A stretch of 63,759 nt of DNA, counting the filler, from Octopus bimaculoides (Eukaryota): NCBI RefSeq assembly GCF_001194135.2. It is 8 parts of 8 records of this genome, joined end to end, with 100 filler letters (N's around TTAATTAATTAA, not from the genome) between each part and the next. Parts side by side here need not be neighbours in the genome. Positions count along the whole stretch, not along the records: positions 12,682 to 42,907 come from NC_068986.1; 7 more parts are not named here. One strand, given 5' to 3'. The notes beneath the pieces are model-generated. The model was given only the letters and a program-made list of their open reading frames with translations, ran no database searches and had not been told where the DNA came from. Positions 27,562 to 41,978 of this stretch are shown piece by piece; positions within the stretch are counted from its first letter, which is position 1, and each line of letters starts with the position of its first letter. The position numbers and the translations under genes are program-made.

Positions 27562-29889
27562 CACACACTCATACACATTTAACTGCATGTATGTACGAAT
27601 GTCTTCTTGTATGCACGTTGCCACTTATACGCATGTATGGGTGTATGCATGATTGTGTGAATCGCTGTCTTTGGTGTAAGTATCTATAGATGTATACATA
27701 CACGTATGCCTGCATGTATATAAAGTGGTTATGTCTATATTATACACAGTAAATGTCTGGATTGTTTTATTTCCAGTCAACAGAGGCATTTTCTATATTT
27801 CTGTTTATGTATAAGCTTATACTTCCATAAAAAGTAATCTTCATAATTCCATTTCCGTCTACCATTTTCTAAATGTTCATTAGTGGGTCCGTGACCGAAT
27901 TTGTTTTTCAGCTCCTATAAACCCTGATGAGACTATTATAGAATCAACAGATTTCCATCTGTGACAGTCACGATTAGGAATCTCAGTATTACAGTAACCA
28001 ACTTAATTTGAGGGGGACATGGCGATAAACTCTATCAGATCGATCGACCAACTACATATTCCGTATCTTCTTGATGTTGTTCATACATGGACATTAATAT
28101 TCTCTTTCGATTACCTGTTCGGGGAAATTAAGTTTTAACTAAATAACTTTAAATGATTCCACACCGGTATTAAGTGCAATTAGTATTTAAGTAGAAGACA
28201 AGCAGAAAGACATTGGGTTCTGGTGCACCATCCCTGTCTCTGTAGCTTTGATCCTCACTCGTAGAATACACAGCGAGGAACGCCTTGCCATTTTGCTTTT
28301 CATTTTCTGCTTTGTGAATACTTATTTGATTCGGAAAATATATTTCTAACTCTGCCATTGTTCTCTTTATCCTTTTCTCTCTTTATACATATACACGCTA
28401 ATACACGACCTATGTTATAATCCCCACTCATGTTTATACAACGAAAGGGGCAAAACTACCCGGTATACGACACTTACTCGGTGTTACCTGTGTCTTTATA
28501 TATATATATATATATATNNNNNNNNNNNNNNNNNNNNNNNNNNNNNNNNNNNNNNNNNNNNNNNNNNNNNNNNNNNNNNNNNNNNNNNNNNNNNNNNNNN
28601 NNNNNNNNNNNNNNNNNNNNNNNNNNNNNNNNNNNNNNNNNNNNNNNNNNNNNNNNNNNNNNNNNNNNNNNNNNNNNNNNNNNNNNNNNNNNNNNNNNNN
28701 NNNNNNNNNNNNNNNNNNNNNNNNNNNNNNNNNNNNNNNNNNNNNNNNNNNNNNNNNNNNNNNNNNNNNNNNNNNNNNNNNNNNNNNNNNNNNNNNNNNN
28801 NNNNNNNNNNNNNNNNNNNNNNNNNNNNNNNNNNNNNNNNNNNNNNNNNNNNNNNNNNNNNNNNNNNNNNNNNNNNNNNNNNNNNNNNNNNNNNNNNNNN
28901 NNNNNNNNNNNNNNNNNNNNNNNNNNNNNNNNNNNNNNNNNNNNNNNNNNNNNNNNNNNNNNNNNNNNNNNNNNNNNNNNNNNNNNNNNNNNNNNNNNNN
29001 NNNNNNNNNNNNNNNNNNNNNNNNNNNNNNNNNNNNNNNNNNNNNNNNNNNNNNNNNNNNNNNNNNNNNNNNNATATATATATATATAGGTGTAGTTACA
29101 AGTAAAATGACAATCATAAAATAAAAAAAAAAAGAGAATAGAAAAGAAATATGTTAACTGGTTTTATTAACTGAATTACATTAAAAATGGCACAGTTTGT
29201 GTGCTCGTACTGCATATGTATACCAATACGCGTATGTATATATACCATTGCTGTTTATCATTGGAAAGGCAAAATCAGGTCGAAATCACGTGATCTGTTA
29301 GTTAGAGCGGCAGAAATAGTGGTGATTGTCTGCTGCTGGTGATAGCTATGATGTGCTTTTATGCACCATATACTAATATGAGAGTTTTCTTTCTTGCTAA
29401 ATATTGCATTATATGTCTGTTCTAACGCAATATCCATTTTAAGTGATGGATATTTTACTTTTGGGCATTAAAAGTGCCTCGGTATCTCTCTCCCTCTATC
29501 TCTCTATATGTCTGTGCAATTGTGTGTGTGTGTACTAGATAGGTAGATAAATATGTAGATATATGTGTATAGATATCCATGTATACACAATGACACATGC
29601 ATACACATAAATGCACGCATACAGACACACACACAGACATGTGTATACATACATGCATACATACAATACCATTTTCAAATGTGCATCCTTTAAACTAGTT
29701 TGCTTTTTTGGTTTTGTTTGTTTATATCATCATTTCTGTTCCATTCTAACAAGACTGTCTGACGAACGGTAGCGTGAAACACTGAGTAACAGTTTTTGTG
29801 ATATTTCTGCTGCTTTTAAATAAACCATATTACTCTACCTGTGGTATTTGAATACTCTTTTTCCCATCTTCTTTCACATTTTCGTGCTT

Positions 29890-29926
<37 letters not shown>

Positions 29927-30839
29927 GAAGTAAGCACACANNNNNNNNNNNNNNNNNNNNNNNNNNNNNNNNNNNNNNNNNNNNNNNNNNNNNNNNNNNN
30001 NNNNNNNNNNNNNNNNNNNNNNNNNNNNNNNNNNNNNNNNNNNNNNNNNNNNNNNNNNNNNNNNNNNNNNNNNNNNNNNNNNNNNNNNNNNNNNNNNNNN
30101 NNNNNNNNNNNNNNNNNNNNNNNNNNNNNNNNNNNNNNNNNNNNNNNNNNNNNNNNNNNNNNNNNNNNNNNNNNNNNNNNNNNNNNNNNNNNNNNNNNNN
30201 NNNNNNNNNNNNNNNNNNNNNNNNNNNNNNNNNNNNNNNNNNNNNNNNNNNNNNNNNNNNNNNNNNNNNNNNNNNNNNNNNNNNNNNNNNNNNNNNNNNN
30301 NNNNNNNNNNNNNNNNNNNNNNNNNNNNNNNNNNNNNNNNNNNNNNNNNNNNNNNNNNNNNNNNNNNNNNNNNNNNNNNNNNNNNNNNNNNNNNNNNNNN
30401 NNNNNNNNNNNNNNNNNNNNNNNNNNNNNNNNNNNNNNNNNNNNNNNNNNNNNNNNNNNNNNNNNNNNNNNNNNNNNNNNNNNNNNNNNNNNNNNNNNNN
30501 NNNNNNNNNNNNNNNNNNNNNNNNNNNNNNNNNNNNNNNNNNNNNNNNNNNNNNNNNNNNNNNNNNNNNNNNNNNNNNNNNNNNNNNNNNNNNNNNNNNN
30601 NNNNNNNNNNNNNNNNNNNNNNNNNNNNNNNNNNNNNNNNNNNNNNNNNNNNNNNNNNNNNNNNNNNNNNNNNNNNNNNNNNNNNNNNNNNNNNNNNNNN
30701 NNNNNNNNNNNNNNNNNNNNNNNNNNNNNNNNNNNNNNNNNNNNNNNNNNNNNNNNNNNNNNNNNNNNNNNNNNNNNNNNNNNNNNNNNNNNNNNNNNNN
30801 NNNNNNNNNNNNNTATATATATATATGTTTGTATGTATG

Positions 30840-30871
<32 letters not shown>

Positions 30872-31744
30872 AGTGTGTACAGTATGTACATATGTGTATA
30901 TATGCATATGTATATATTTACGTATATAGATATATATCTTTATACACACGCATATATTTGCATACATAAATATATACATACAAACACACACATATATGTA
31001 CTTGCATGTATTTACGTGTTCATATGTATGCGAATATAGTTGTAAGTAAACATATATACGCAAACGCACGAGTGCACACATGTGCGTGTGCGTGTGTGCG
31101 CGCGCGCGAGTACATGCGCGTACAGTAGTGGTATTTGTGGTAGCGTTGGTGGTAGTGGTGAGATGATGTTTTGTTGTGGTGTGTGAGTAAAATAATGACC
31201 TGTCTAAATTTTGGTCCAATAAACATATAAAATAAATTATATATTCAGATTTAAATGGCCGCAGGGCAAAATAATCATCACAATTTTATAAACAAAAATG
31301 TTATCAGATGTCGTGATGTTCATTTGATTTTCAGAACTAATACAAACTTTCTTTCTATGGCCTTATGCTATTCGCAGATGGTAAATCTCTTATAAGCCAT
31401 ATTGACAGGTAACCCTGTATTAAGAATATTTTCCCCTCAATGCTGTATTTTGTTTCTTTTTGGTCTCATCCTTGTTAGAGCATAGCTTTCGGTGTCGTGA
31501 GGTGTCATTGGAAAGTTGTCGATTGACTTAAAGCGTAAATGGGGGAATATCTTTGGGAGGAGGGAAAAAAATTCCAAGCAGAAGACAAGAACAGAAATAA
31601 TCACAAACAGCAAGGTCAACAAAGTGACAATACGCCATGGAAGAGAAACGGATGACATATTTCAAGACGCTAAAAATGGGTGCTACGACCAGGATATGTG
31701 TGTGTGTGTGTTCGTGTGAATGTATATGTGATGGGTGTGTGCGC

Positions 31745-31910
31745 GTGCCTGCGCAGGAGTGGCTCTGTGGTAAGTAGCTTGTTTACCAACCACATGGTTC
31801 CGGCAATGTGTCTTCTACTTGGGCAAATATCTTCTGTTATAGCCTCGGGCCGACCAAAGCCTTGTAAGTGGATTTGGTAGGCGGAAACTGAAAGAAGCTC
31901 GTCGTATATA
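31745..31910 (+). mobile_element. tRNA-headed SINE family D (tail GGAAACTGAAAGAAGCCCGTCG(TA)n)
   Basis: Recurs at 19555-19650 (+), 21352-21495 (-), 22750-22870 (-) and 32210-32375 (-). Confidence 0.75.
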
Positions 31911-32004
31911 TATATATGTGTGTGTGTGTGTGCTTGTGTGTGTGCGCGTGTGTGNNNNNNNNNNNNNNNNNNNNNNNNNNNNNNNNNNNNNNNNNNNNNN
32001 NNNN

Positions 32005-32038
<34 letters not shown>

Positions 32039-33039
32039 TGTTTGTCCCTCCACCAACGTCGGTTGACAAACGATGCTGGTAGAATAAGTACTAGGCTTAC
32101 AAAGAATAAGTCCTGGGGTAGATTTCCTCGACTAAACGTGGTACTCCAGCATCGCCGCAGTCAAACGATTGAAAGAAATAAAAGAATAAAATAATAAAAA
32201 AGTATATATGTACGACGGGCTTTTTACAGTTTCCGCCTACCAAAACCACTCACGAAGTTTTTGTCGGTACCAGGCCATTACAGAAAACCCTTACCGAAGG
32301 TGCCATACAGTGAGACTGAAACTGGGACCATGTGGTGGTGGTGGTGGTGGGGCAACGTCTTCCCACACAGCTAACCTATTCGTGAAAATGTACGCATTCA
32401 CGGACCCATTACTCACAAACACATATATAGCATGAGTGTAGATCTCATATACAATCATACGGTCGAAAACACATACACAAACAAATACACACATACACAA
32501 ACAAACACACAGAAATATACATATACTTCTATACATTGAGAAAAAAATACAACCAGTCCTTCACGTGTGTGCATTTACACACGGTCATGCCATACACGCA
32601 TACACACATACAAACACACACACACACACACACATACACAAGAATGTATGCAGATAGAATCTACAGAAATTGTTTTAGACACGGAGATAATTAAATACAA
32701 TAATTAATATATTGACTCATATGCAAACACACGACCACGTAACACAACCCCGTGCACAATCATGCACATATACAAACGCATACACAAATTCACTTGCATT
32801 TTCACCCAAACGCACATACATTCACCCGGATGAACATATCTTATCTCTCCGTGATTGTTGGATGAGCTAGATATAGCAGCTAAAATGTTAAAGCATGGTC
32901 CTTTTTTTTTTTATAAATGAAGGTCATCATATAATTTAGATTCGGATACGCATTTATATGTGTATGATCGCAACAGAGCAGCTAACATCCCTCGAATCAC
33001 TACGCGTTTGTGTCTTTTAAAAGGAATGTAGCGTACACG

Positions 33040-33077
<38 letters not shown>

Positions 33078-35575
33078 TACTGAGTGTAGAAATAAGACGG
33101 AACGGTCACATTTGGAAGGTAGATAATCACAGATTTGTATGTTTGTTTAGAACTGACCTTGGGCTAAAGAACAACAACACTTTGCACAAATACCAACTTC
33201 TCTCTGTTTCTCTCTCTCTCACACACACACACACGCAAACACGCGCGCGACATATTAAAATCGAAGACAGGATGTTGTTGGGTAGAGTTGTTGTTCGTAT
33301 CACTATTGTTGTTTTTATTATTTTTATTGTTCCTTTATTTTTTTTGTATCTTTAATAATCCCCAGGTCAGTCCTTATGCTCCACCCTCACCTAAAAACCT
33401 TTCCTATAAGGACCAGGCTGTGGTTTCCATTTAAGACTTATATCCATGACAACATTATCCAAATGCGGGTCCAACATTGATTGTGGGAAACCTTTGCTTC
33501 CGAAGCCTTTCCACACTAGTCTTGTTTCCGAACCAGTGGTGGTGGTCACTTCAGTCGGCATACGCTAAACCGAGCAAATATTGCTTTCAAATTTTGGCAC
33601 GAGGCCAGAAATTTCGGGTCTACATCATTTATTTATTTTGTCATCGAACTCGAAAGGATGAAAGGTAAAGGCGACCTCGCCGAGACTTGAAAATTAAACA
33701 TTCGATTTAATTAAATAATTAAAAAGTATACAGATACCTATGTAATTGTATTAATTAGAACTAGTATTAATTAGATGCCATCAGTGTTTGGAAATTTGCT
33801 GTGGTATCTTTATGTACTTCCTTTATTTTATAAGGTACGTTGCAGTTAGAGGGATATATGGCTATTATTTCTACAATCAAGCAAACCATGTCATTTCTCC
33901 ATCGTTGGAGTAAAATGTGACGTGAATAATAATTAGGGGGAACGGGATCTTCAAGCAAGTACAGCTATAAAGAAGAGCGTGTAATTATTAATTAAAAAAA
34001 AAAAACATTTAGGTTAGAAAGTTTGAAGGCTGACCGAGTGATGTGAGTGTTCAACCCTTAGAATGATTATGGGTCCCAAAAATTTGTGAGGCTCCAGCAA
34101 GTGTGACGCAACTAAATACAAAATTGAAAAATGCATTATGATGCATCTGCATTTAAAATACACAAAAATAATTTAATTTTGGAGAAAAACACTTTTTTCT
34201 TTTCTTTTCTTTTTAATCAATTTATTTCAGTTAACACGAAAAATATGTTCTAATACTGTATAGTTCTTTGTCTTTTATTTTTTTGTTTTTTTTTTCGTAG
34301 CACTATTCTTTCTGTCCAAGTATTGTTTGTCGCTTTTGAAAACTTGAATAAGTTTTATCTTTTCAGACAAACGACGATGAAGTGTCGAGTGGCAGAAACA
34401 AAGACGAACCAGAAGAAAGAGACGAACGGATTTATCTGACGCGTCGATCTCTTCAGCTACAGGAGCTATGATGCAACTAAAGAGAGCACGGTTGCAGTTG
34501 TGTGTTAAAATGCATCGTGCACTGCAGTCTGGTACGGCTGAGAGGCACACACATAACATACATCTGCTGGAGATATGGTGCAACGAGAGATGAGAAATGC
34601 AGCTGTACGACTAAGCGAGATATGTGGTGCAGTTGTACACGAAAACATGTACGCTAAGGTGCAGCTTGTAGAGAAAATATGCATGTGCGATGCATTAGGG
34701 TGACGATGAGGAGATATATATGTGTATATATGTGTGTATATGTGTATATATGTATGTATAGATAATGCGAATGCATGAACTGTGGTGCAGTTATGTAGAA
34801 GTGCAACGAAGTACAATGAATCTGGTGGTGTAGGGAACCTGGGGGAAGCGGAGGGTGCAGTAGCTGCGTGCATAGACGTAACTATGCGTGCATGTGTGTG
34901 CGTGTGCGTGCTTGTGTGTGTGCGTGTACTGGTCTGTGCTTGCGTGTTCGTGTATGCGTATACTAGTGTATGTGTGTGTGTGCTTGTGTGTGTGTGCCTG
35001 CTTGTACTATTGTGCGCGCGTGCGTTCTTGTGTGTGTGTTTGTCTGTGTGTTGGCTTGCATGTGAGAATGTAATGCACACGTTTCAACTGGCAGCACGTG
35101 CATAGTCTATTTATAGCCATTCAGAGAGCGTGAAAGAATTATAGAAAAGACGANNNNNNNNNNNNNNNNNNNNNNNNNNNNNNNNNNNNNNNNNNNNNNN
35201 NNNNNNNNNNNNNNNNNNNNNNNNNNNNNNNNNNNNNNNNNNNNNNNNNNNNNNNNNNNNNNNNNNNNNNNNNNNNNNNNNNNNNNNNNNNNNNNNNNNN
35301 NNNNNNNNNNNNNNNNNNNNNNNNNNNNNNNNNNNNNNNNNNNNNNNNNNNNNNNNNNNNNNNNNNNNNNNNNNNNNNNNNNNNNNNNNNNNNNNNNNNN
35401 NNNNNNNNNNNNNNNNNNNNNNNNNNNNNNNNNNNNNNNNNNNNNNNNNNNNNNNNNNNNNNNNNNNNNNNNNNNNNNNNNNNNNNNNNNNNNNNNNNNN
35501 NNNNNNNNNNNNNNNNNNNNNNNNNNNNNNNNNNNNNNNNNNNNNNNNNNNNNNNNNNNNNNNNNNNNNNNNNNN

Positions 35576-35817
35576 NGTAGTTGTAGTGGTGGAGATTGTG
35601 TCGGTGTCGTAGTAGTGGTAACAGTTATGTTGTTCCTGTTATGCATAGCGGTGCAGGCGACAGTGCCGAATGTAGTAGTGTTGGTTGTAGTAGTGACACT
35701 CTTAGGCTAGTACTTCATGTACATAATGGTGGTGGCGGTGGTGGAGGTGGTGGAGATGGTGGTGGTTGGGTGGCGGTACTACTTTTGAAAATAGTATCAG
35801 CTTTAGAAGTAGTATAG

Positions 35818-35887
<70 letters not shown>

Positions 35888-36184
35888 TTATTGTTTTAAT
35901 AGTTTACGGTGTCGGCGGTGGTTGAATGGTAGTATCAGCGCTAATGAGGTGCTGGTGTTGTTGTTGTGGTGGTAGTCCTTGTGGTATTGCTAAACACAAC
36001 AGAATTGTTTGTGGTAGTTGCGTTAGTTTTGGTAGTAGTGCTGGTGGTAGTACTGGTGGTAGTATGTTACTTATAGAAGTGCCGTTTGGTGTTCATAGTA
36101 GTGGTGTCGTTAGATGTTATGGAGTAGTTTGGGTAGTGGTGGTGGTGGAGGTGATTGTAGTGGTGGTGGCGGTGGTGTTGCTGC

Positions 36185-36223
<39 letters not shown>

Positions 36224-36995
36224 TGACGGTCTTTCTGGTGGTCATGGTGGGTGTGATAGTGGTGGCGATGATGATGGTGGTGGTGGTGTTGGTGAACTGA
36301 TTGCGTTGTGGTGGTGGTTGTGTTGGCGGTGGTGGTGGTCATTGTGGTCATGGTGGTTGTGATGGTAGCTGTGATGATGGTTGTGTTGGTGTTGGTTGTG
36401 GTAGGAGGACACAGTTGTTGTGATGGTGGTGGTGGCGGTGATTGCGCTCATGGTAACGACCCCCATTTTTGGGGTGGTTTCGTGGTGTTCTGCTGATAAC
36501 AGATTTGGTGGTGGTGGTCATGTTAGAGTTGGTGCTGTAGTTGGACAATGGCATTGTGCTGACCTGACACTGTTGTGTTGGATGTAGTAGTGGAGGTGGT
36601 GTTTGTCTGAGCAGTCGAAACGGTGGACGCTGTGGCGGTGGAGTTAGATGTCATTGCTCTGGCGGTGGTAGCGTTAGTGGTTGTTACCGTAGTTGTGTGG
36701 GTGGTAGTTATATTAATTGCACAGGTGGTAATTGTATCGTAATTAGCTGCCGTGTGCTTGTAGCAGTTCTGATTGAGCTATGGATGATCGTGGTGGTGGT
36801 AGTGGTGGTGGTGGTGATGGTGGTAGTGGTGGTGATGGTGGTGGTGGCGGTGGCGGTGTTAATTAAATTGCAATCAGTCGTAGGGGTGGTAGTTTTGGTG
36901 GTGAATTTACAGAGCACAAAATTTGTACTAACGTTCATCATTGTGGTGGTGGTGGTGATAGTGGTGGTGGCGGCAATAGTAGTGTGGTGGTGGTG

Positions 36996-37050
<55 letters not shown>

Positions 37051-37800
37051 CAGAAGAAGTAGTAGTAGTAGTAGTAGAAGAAGTAGTAGTAATGNNNNNN
37101 NNNNNNNNNNNNNNNNNNNNNNNNNNNNNNNNNNNNNNNNNNNNNNNNNNNNNNNNNNNNNNNNNNNNNNNNNNNNNNNNNNNNNNNNNNNNNNNNNNNN
37201 NNNNNNNNNNNNNNNNNNNNNNNNNNNNNNNNNNNNNNNNNNNNNNNNNNNNNNNNNNNNNNNNNNNNNNNNNNNNNNNNNNNNNNNNNNNNNNNNNNNN
37301 NNNNNNNNNNNNNNNNNNNNNNNNNNNNNNNNNNNNNNNNNNNNNNNNNNNNNNNNNNNNNNNNNNNNNNNNNNNNNNNNNNNNNNNNNNNNNNNNNNNN
37401 NNNNNNNNNNNNNNNNNNNNNNNNNNNNNNNNNNNNNNNNNNNNNNNNNNNNNNNNNNNGTGGTGATAGTGGTGGTGGCGGCAATAGTAGTGTGGTGGTG
37501 GTGGTGGTGGTGGTGGAAGTGGTGGTGGTGGTGGTGTTTGCGTTGGGTGTCATGCTTGGGTTAATCGTTGGTGGTGATTATATATTTTTTTGTTTGCGTT
37601 GGAAGTGGTGCTGCAGGCTGTGGCGATGACGGCTGCTGTGGTGGTGGTGTTGTTGTTGCTGTTGTTGTTGGTGGTGGTGTAGTGTTTGTGGTAGTGGTAG
37701 TTGGTCATAGTTGTAGTTATAGTTACGATGATCGTTGTAAAATGGTAACGGAACTCGTCTTGGAGATGATTATAGAAGCGGCAGTGGTGTGGCTATGAGA
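35576..37800. repeat. Compound (GGT/AGT/TGT)n low-complexity tract
   Basis: Long mixed trinucleotide runs with gaps; no consistent open frame. Confidence 0.85.
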
Positions 37801-37849
37801 TGGTAATTTTCATTGTATCCTTTGCAAACATTTCTACCAAACTCCGATT

Positions 37850-38117
37850 CGATCTAGACCAAATCTCTTCTAATCTTGAATTCCTAAATTCTCGGTTTTA
37901 AATATAAAACTTTTTACTTTCACCAGTCTCGAAGAATCTTGCAAATGTTCAACATGTTCTTCTCCTTTTGATAAACTTTCAAGAATTGACTCTTTACCAA
38001 AAGACTATTCCAGAAATCTATTTGCCTTTTAAAAAGCTTTGTAACAGATCCCGAATAAGAAACCAACCAGTCCGTTTCTTCCTTCGCCAAATCATCAGAA
38101 ATTGTGATGGATGCCCT

Positions 38118-38163
<46 letters not shown>

Positions 38164-38720
38164 CCAACACCACTACCACAACCAAGACAAAAGTGTATAT
38201 TTTCTTGAAAAACAATGGCTTTGGGATTCATTTAAATAAAGCAATTATGAGAGGCATTGATTTTTGGGGTCGACTTAAATAACTCAATCTCTACTCTCCC
38301 CATCGCCGTCGGGAGCGCTACATCATTTGTGTTATGAGGAAAATATTCCAACAATATTGCACAAATGATGTTGGCATCAATTTTAAAATCCATCCAACAC
38401 TTGGCCCCCGTGCTATCCGCCCACTACAAAAATCGAACTCAGGATGCATTACAATAATACGTCACAATTACTTTGCCTCAACCGGTCCAGCTCTCTTTCA
38501 AACCATACAAAATATTTTAAACGGAAACGGATCCCATAAAGTTCAAAAGTTCACTGCACAAATTTCCTCAAAGAATCTCGGACAAACCTCTTACACTCGG
38601 ATATGTCTCCAACAATAATACCTCTTTAATAGATTGGACCACGGTGCCCCATATATGACTAAAATACTTCAGCAGGTGGTGTTATTAAGTTCGACATGTA
38701 CTAGGCCTATACTGGCGGAA
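37850..38720 (+). mobile_element. CR1/L2-type LINE 3' fragment
   Basis: FWGRLK*LNLYSPHRRRERYII...KI...NDVGINF...LGPRAIRP...IRHNYFASTGPALF, matching the post-RT C-terminus of CR1-group ORF2; (CAA)n insertion. Confidence 0.7.
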
Positions 38721-39769
38721 ACCTAGCAAAGTTATCAAAGTCATTTCCCTTCGTAAGTGAATTTACGTACAGGATTTCATATTTCTCCTAAATAAATATC
38801 CCCGTTTTACATATGACATATACGACGGTCAGACTGAAAAAAGCGAACTTCAATGCATTGCGAGACAAATATTTTCTACCACCAGAACCTGTGATGAGTC
38901 CCCTACGTAAATGAAAATCGGCAACGCATTCATTTCGCTAATTCACCAGGAATAGAAGTGCCTCCACCGTGCTTATAAAATTAAGCATCAACATGTTAAG
39001 CACAACTGAGCAGGGCACTTTATTATGAAGTGCATGTATGTGTATGGTTCCCTTGTTTCCTCTTGTAAATAACATTCAAAAGCTGGAATTATTTCATCCG
39101 ATAAGGATGCAGACAATTTAAGAAAATATTCATCGTTCCTTGGAAGTTTGGCAAAAAATGTTAACATATATATAACACCAGCATTGATATATTTTCCAGG
39201 ACAAATTTTGTTGATTGCGGCATATCAAACGTAAACCTCAAATGTCTAGTAATATAGCAAGTTGCCTGGTGTTAGAGATAAGCGGTTTTAAACGTCCTAC
39301 ATATATGAGCTTTATGCTTGAACACAGAGCCAACAGAGACGAAGCAAATTGTGACGCAATAGATTAAATAGCTTAATGAGAAAATTTTCAATGATATATA
39401 AGTGAGGACAAATCTTTCCATCATAGAATTCTCTCTACAGCGAGAACTTAAAGCACCGCAAATGAAAAATAAGCTAAGGTTAACAACTTTACAGAAAAGA
39501 GAATGAACGATGCAGTCAGGTAAAACATAAATAAATACATGATTCGACCCAGGCCGATTTTGACGGTCGCCTTCAGCAAAACCGACCGTCAATATCACTT
39601 TGATCCAAACCTCATAATTTTTGATTTATTTCGTTGGTTTTTAATATTTAGCATGACTAAATTGAGAATCTTATTTGGTAATGTCTTACTGAAATTAATG
39701 CTAGACGACTTCAATCGGAGATAGGAAAAAAAAAAAAAAAAGAAATATAAAGAATGTCCGGAAGCCTGA

Positions 39770-40392
39770 ATTTCTGAAGGGAATAACTGTTCGGTATTCG
39801 ACTTAAGGATCAGTCTCAGTCTGCGCAAGTACTCCACGTTAAATTTTTCTTTCATTTCTTTCTCCATCAATTTTTCCATTTCCAAAACCCCCAAGTACTT
39901 ACAACCTGTCTCTTGTATCTGCTTCATAACCTCCCCCAACGGTATCGTAAGCTCGTCCATACATTTGACTTTGCCTCTCTTCAAGACTAACACACCACAC
40001 GTTCTCAGTCCAAACTCCATTCTGATATCAGTACTAAAAGTATACACCGTATCAACGAGGGAACTGACTTGGGCTTCATCTTTACCATAACATTTGAGGT
40101 CATCCATGAATAACAAATGGTTGACTTTGTGTTGGTGGCTTTTGAATACATACCCAGCTTTTGCTTTCCTCAGAAACAGTGTTAGTTGTATCAAGCACAG
40201 TACAAAGACCAGTGGAGGCAGGCAGTCCCCTTGGAAAATGCCTCTCCTAATTTCTACTGACCCTAAATTTCTTCCGTATGCTGTCAGGTCCGTCCTCCAA
40301 TTCGCCATACTTTCTCCAAGCAATCGCTCAACATTCGATGCTATACCAAATAGGATCATGCACTCCATAATCCAAGAATGTGGGATCATATC
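39770..40392 (-). mobile_element. R4/Dong-clade RT fragment (different subfamily)
   Basis: AYDMIPHSWI...RRGIFQGDCLPPLVFVL...NHLLFMDDLK...FGLRTC...KYLGV...EYLRRLRLILKS. 5' junction abuts (ATA)n/(ACT)n. Confidence 0.88.
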
Positions 40393-40427
40393 GTACGCCT
40401 CACCATTATTATTATTATTATTATTAA

Positions 40428-40489
<62 letters not shown>

Positions 40490-41082
40490 TTAACATTATT
40501 TTTAGTCGCACTCCGAACGTTCTGGGATATACATACACACACACGCACATACGCACACACACACACGTAAATACAAACATACACACGCACATACACACAC
40601 CACACACACACACACACACATATATATACAATATACACTTATATGTGTGTGTGTGTCTTTCTGTCTATGGCTGCCCCCACCACCCACCTCATCATAGCTT
40701 GACAACCGATTTTGCTGTGTTTATGTCCCTGTAACATAACGGACAGAATAAATACTAGGCTTTGAAAGAATAAGACCTCAGGGCGATTTCTTCGACTAAA
40801 ACAATTTTTGGCGGGACTCTAGCATGAACGCAGGCAAATGATTGAAGCGTGTAAAAGAATAAAATAATACATATATCTTCATAGACAACCTGACAGACAG
40901 GCAGACTGAGAGACGACAGACAAACTGACTGACAGATAAACAGATACTTAGAGAGATACATAGATAGACAGATAGATCGATAAATAGATAGACAGATAGA
41001 TCGATAAATAGATAGATAATGGATAGATAGATAGATAGATAGACAGATAGATCGATAAATAGATAGATAGATAGATCGATAA

Positions 41083-41162
<80 letters not shown>

Positions 41163-41663
41163 ATAAGTTTTCCATTGTCTTCAATAGTTCTGAAAGAACC
41201 ATCTTTGTTTGTTGCGTGGGCAGTGTCGTTTGGAAACAAATGCTGCACACATGGAAAGGACGGCAATCAGAAATTTCCTAGGATCCAAAGGAAACCGAAG
41301 AAATTGTCCTAAGGTGCTAATCCTATTTGCATTTGATTAATATTTAACCACTGTTAACTTATTAACGGTTTGCTTAATCACACGTTAACATGTAAGGGAA
41401 TGCAACGGTCATCGTCTGAATCCATCGTTAAAATTTCCTTTCCAGTTTGGACTGGAAATACTATGAATTTTCATCTTTTTGAATGCTATAGCAAAAGCGG
41501 TCGTCTGTTGGATGCAATTGAAAGCAATGAAGATTGATATTCTCCATCGTTGAGACATTGAGAATAATAAATGGATATTTGCTTAGAAGAGAGTAAGCTT
41601 GGTAGGAAAATATCAAGAGATTGGGGTCGATCTCCAATTTCACTTGTAGATCAGAAAATTACA

Positions 41664-41698
<35 letters not shown>

Positions 41699-41904
41699 TG
41701 TAGAAACAGAGAGAATGAGACTGTTTTAATTGAGAAAATTTATGAGATTAGATGACTTTGCCCTGAATGCATGTCAGATGCTTCACGTGTAGACACTTTA
41801 TATTTTCACTTTCACTATTAACATTCATATGATTTCAGCGCAAATTACAATGTTTCGATCTTGTCCCAGTAATATGACTCTGCACGTCGTCCGCTTAATG
41901 ACAA

Positions 41905-41978
<74 letters not shown>

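Noticed and set aside
28430-31219. Long ORFs of 219-443 aa
   Set aside because: Almost entirely X from N gaps plus (TA)n/(CA)n translation.
31437-31658. Hydrophobic minus-strand ORF resembling iGluR M1/M4
   Set aside because: Stop immediately upstream, no compatible acceptor, and no adjacent M2/M3 motifs.
33767-33958. DTTANF similar to the M3 motif SYTANL
   Set aside because: Context is not hydrophobic and it terminates a few codons later.
35596-37800. Thr-rich/Val-rich mucin-like ORFs
   Set aside because: Trinucleotide low complexity with frameshifts and stops; no splice or domain support.
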